In this document: piece after piece, positions 60,935-64,000 of the stretch
How the letters are laid out: each line of letters opens with the position of its first letter
Numbering within the stretch: position 1 is the first letter of the stretch
Source: Eukaryota sp. GEM-RC1
Lineage: Eukaryota
Length of the DNA stretch: 64,000 nt
Reading direction: 5' to 3'
NCBI GenBank assembly: GCA_040285855.1
Contig: JAUFOQ010000004.1
Coordinates: 62,001-126,000 of the forward strand
The notes under the pieces: model-generated
The model's database searches: none
The model's input: only the letters and a program-made list of their open reading frames with translations
What the model was told of the DNA's origin: nothing
Program-made: the position numbers and the translations under genes

Positions 60935-61055
60935 ACAACAATTAGTCTGAATCAGACTAATTATGAATGTCCAGTGAAATGGTACCAAACAATAATTAGT
61001 CTGATTCAGACTAACTAGTGATTCAGACTAATTATGAATTCAGATTAATTGTTGT
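60935..61055. repeat. Palindromic/foldback cluster of TAGTCTGA(A/T)TCAGACTA units
   Basis: Outer inverted repeat ACAACAATTAGTCTGAAT / ATTCAGATTAATTGTTGT (17/18) and internal palindromes. Confidence 0.8.
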
Positions 61056-61231
61056 GAAGAGTGTAGTATATCTCAAAAAATCAGAATGCAATATTTTGCA
61101 GAAATTGCAATAAGTAAAATAGTGTATTTCTAACCAATAGGTATCGCCACAGTTTGTAAGAACACAATCAATATTTATGAGCAAGAAATATTTAACTTTT
61201 TTAATACAAACGTTTTCTTCCATTACGTTTT

Positions 61232-61741
61232 TTTTAATAAAACTTAATACATTGTAAACGTAACAGACTAATCAACCAAAATTTGATGTCATTGAAACAA
61301 CACTCGTCACTATGAAATCTTACAACAGCTTTGTCCTCATAAAAGGAACTCACAGTTAATAAAGCTTTGGAGATGATTAGGGGAATTGTTTCAAAAATAG
61401 TAAAAACGATCCGATTCAATCATAACATATGATCAAAACGTTTGAAGATCCTATTTTTTCGATTTTTCCAAAATCATTTAAAGAATTCATCACATTTGTT
61501 CCTAAGCGGCCATAGATTGAAACAGCATAAGGGCATAATTCGTATTCAACATGTTTTACACGTTTTCGAGCCTTCAATGGTTGTTTGTACTTATCCTGTT
61601 TGGCTTGTTCAGAAATGTCTAAAGAGGAAGTTTCAGAGTAAGCACTCTTTAAGGGTGTCTTTTTAGAAACATCCACTGACACTACATCGACAACATACAA
61701 TTTGTCTGAAGAAGAAGGGACAACAACATCTGCTCTACGTT
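61232..61741 (-). mobile_element. 5'-truncated RLE-type non-LTR fragment (same family as 16555-17190)
   Basis: Colinear nucleotide match to 16580-17042. RADVVVPSSSDKLYVVDV...KQDKY...CPYAVSIYGRLG. T-run (poly-A on the element strand) at the 3' end. Confidence 0.82.
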
Positions 61742-62135
61742 AAATCAATACAATATTTATGTATTTATGAGGGGCAGTGCTTATATGCTGATTATATAAA
61801 ATTTGGTTAAGCCTTTTGGTACTCTAATTTTTAAGAAAACAAGCTTTTGATCATTACATTGAATCATTTTAATAATCAACAAAAAAACCAACTAATGGAC
61901 ACTAACTGAAATATCTCCAAATACACTCCTTCTGTCCTGCACCAAACAACTTCCCTAATATCGAATTACAAAGTATATACATTTAAAGAAACAGTGAAGG
62001 TACAATCAGTAAAATTAGATTTGATTCAGTTCATTCTGAAGCCCAGTACTTCTTGTTGGGGAATAGGAATAGATAGTCCATGTCTATGACCATGTCCATT
62101 CCTGTGTATAACAAATAAATCAGATGTATTCGTTC

Positions 62136-62768
62136 CATAGATCGAAATGCGAACGTGTTATTCAGTTGCCGCACGTATTCCGCACGTGCGCGTATGGAGT
62201 ACAGCAGAACACGTGCGAGAATACCGTATTCTTACATAAACACGTGTTGCATTTTTTTATCATATGGTTCATTACATTAGACATTACAGTGATGCTGTAA
62301 ATGAGTTTTATGATTACGAGAACAAACGTAGCTTTTTCAAAAAAAACAACCATCATGGCAAGAAATGGAGAAAATGTTCACCCAAATCTTTGTGAGAAAA
62401 AATGGCTCACGAGATGGTATTCTTCGTTCAGTACCAATCCAAATTGTAATTCAGCTGTCGATAGAAATTGGATTGTACACTGCATCATTAAAACCAAGAA
62501 ACGCAATAGGATGAAAGCTTCACTCCTGCATGATTTGGTATTTCTTTACGCCAATCAAAGACAGAAACACCAGAATCGCCTACCTTATTGAAGAGTGGTA
62601 GATTTGGTTTCATCAATAGTATCGCATAATATTAAATAGGTGATGGTTAACTGAAAAGAGTATTAAGAAGAAGAATACGCTGGAATACGGTAAAAAGAAG
62701 CCGCACGTATTCCGCACGTGCGCGTATGGAGTACGTTACCGAACGTGCCGTACGCATTTCGAACTATG
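62136..62768 (+). mobile_element. Internally deleted hAT transposon (633 bp) retaining transposase remnants
   Basis: TIR CATAG(A/T)TCGAAATGCG(A/T)ACG. Perfect 8-bp TSD ATTCGTTC (62128-62135, 62769-62776). ORF 62301-62591 has TRWYS and hATC-like SAVDRNW...TKKRNRM...DLVFLYAN. A subterminal block GCCGCACGTATTCCGCACGTGCGCGTATGGAGTAC is directly repeated. Confidence 0.92.
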
Positions 62769-62830
62769 ATTCGTTCTGAAGCAAATTGACTGCAAACGTG
62801 ATGGTTTTGCAAAATTGATTGTTTCACACG

Positions 62831-64000
62831 ATGTTCCTCTCCTTGGTCTGTTCTTGACTATCATAACAGTCACAACATGCTTTCCCCGTTTGCCTCTGTC
62901 CTGGTCTGCCACTGTGGTTGTAACTGATCCGTATTTCGGAGAGAGTAGTTTCAAGTACCTTCATGATTTGCCCCATGAACGAGCTCGTTCTGAATCGCTG
63001 TCCTCAGACAGTTTGTTTTATGTTTAATTACCTTTCCATAGTCATTCAGATTTTCCGTTACTCAGATTCAGATAGATCCTCATACATCATCAAACCTGTC
63101 CACGGAAAGGACCATTGTGTTGTAGCACCTGCAGTGAACCCGATCTTCCCATCTGTAATTCCGGATGAAGCTCGCTTTCTGTTCAAGACTGAGGTCACAG
63201 GCTTTCCAGTCTCTTTATGGAGAGCAGATTATCAGAACTACTCCCATTCATGGTTTGTTTACTTCAACTTATTCGGTGAGTATCAACTCATACGCTTCCT
63301 TCTCCACACAGATGTTAACGTCTTCGTATGTTTTTCCTCTTTAGCTTACCGCAGCAAGTTGATGTATACGATATGAAGCCTGTTCACTTCGATTACTCCG
63401 ATATTCTTTTTGATGCCCATGCTTACAATTGTCCTGGTCCCAAACCACCCACCAATTTCACTGTTACTGGAACCCTTTCGGATTTAAACACTTCTTTTCC
63501 TATTGGAAACATTACCATTAAATTAGATGGTAAAACCTCTACTCAAACAACAACTTCTTTAAGTGACGGTCGTTTCTCTTTTAAAGGAGTTGTTCCTGGA
63601 ACTCTACACCATTTCTGTTCATCCTGTCTACTACGAGCCATTGTCAACCAGGATCAAAGTTCCCAGTCAGTTAGTTGCTGACCTTAAATTAAAGAAGAGA
63701 AGTGGAGATTGGTTAATTGGATTCTTTAATGGACCAATATTGCCTGAAAAACATTCCAACCTGTACATGTATCTTTATGATATTTGTGAACTCTATTTTG
63801 CCAGCGTTTTGTATCAGTGTAAAGTTGGTGATACATTTGCGAAATATGCAGTTGCGAGAGACTACTCTTGGCAGTCAATCACAGTCACCAATCACGGCTT
63901 ATATCACGATAGGACATCACCTGTTTATGTTAAGCAATGGAAGAGACAGCCCGTCCCTTTTGTTGGATCTAAATGTTATGCCAAAATTTACAATGGTGAT
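62831..64000 (+). pseudogene. Paralog (copy 2) of the secreted protein at 42886-44156, frame-disrupted, runs off the window
   Basis: Colinear with copy 1 and has the same intron positions (63011-63041, 63326-63354). One-base frame breaks just after the ATG and near 63603. It could be an intact gene with assembly errors. Confidence 0.6.

Noticed and set aside
60935..61055. CRISPR-like array
   Set aside because: Units are irregular and overlapping with no unique constant-length spacers, there are no cas genes, and the context is eukaryotic.
62162..62760. 35-bp direct repeats as CRISPR repeats or LTRs
   Set aside because: Only two copies, both subterminal within a TIR/TSD-bounded hAT element.
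1..64000. tRNA/rRNA genes, or bacterial origin of the contig
   Set aside because: No cloverleaf or rRNA signature noticed by eye. Spliceosomal introns and eukaryote-specific genes flank the bacterial-like genes, arguing against contamination.

Overview
Eukaryotic genomic DNA from a compact, AT-rich genome that uses the standard code. It is almost certainly an anaerobic protist: it carries an [FeFe]-hydrogenase and 28-35 nt spliceosomal introns whose branch site is fused to the 3' splice site. A free-living metamonad is my inference, not proven. Host genes: Piwi/Argonaute C-terminus, two RING-kinases, an [FeFe]-hydrogenase fused to a flavodoxin/FAD/NADPH (CysJ/CPR-like) module, Beclin/Atg6, a BTB protein, a giant coiled-coil protein, Med11-like, an APH/EcK-like kinase, WD40 Sqt1/AAMP, HMG-CoA reductase, RPS23, Hsp110, a Cys-rich surface protein, an NhaC-type antiporter, proteasome beta5 and beta1 (head-to-head, 37 bp apart), PI4K, CENP-M-like, Ctf8 and a GH32. 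Intergenic DNA is dense with non-autonomous transposons whose TIRs and TSDs can be read directly: four hAT-type elements, two TA-flanked elements, one GGGG-ended element and five 5'-truncated RLE-type non-LTR fragments, two of them nested in other elements. The most notable find is a Fanzor1-like (eukaryotic TnpB) RNA-guided nuclease gene at 45609-47407. It has an intact D-E-D RuvC triad and is followed directly by a structured omegaRNA-like region. Many genes, including essential ones, carry single-base indels in homopolymer runs, most likely assembly errors, so ORF breaks are not evidence of pseudogenisation by themselves.
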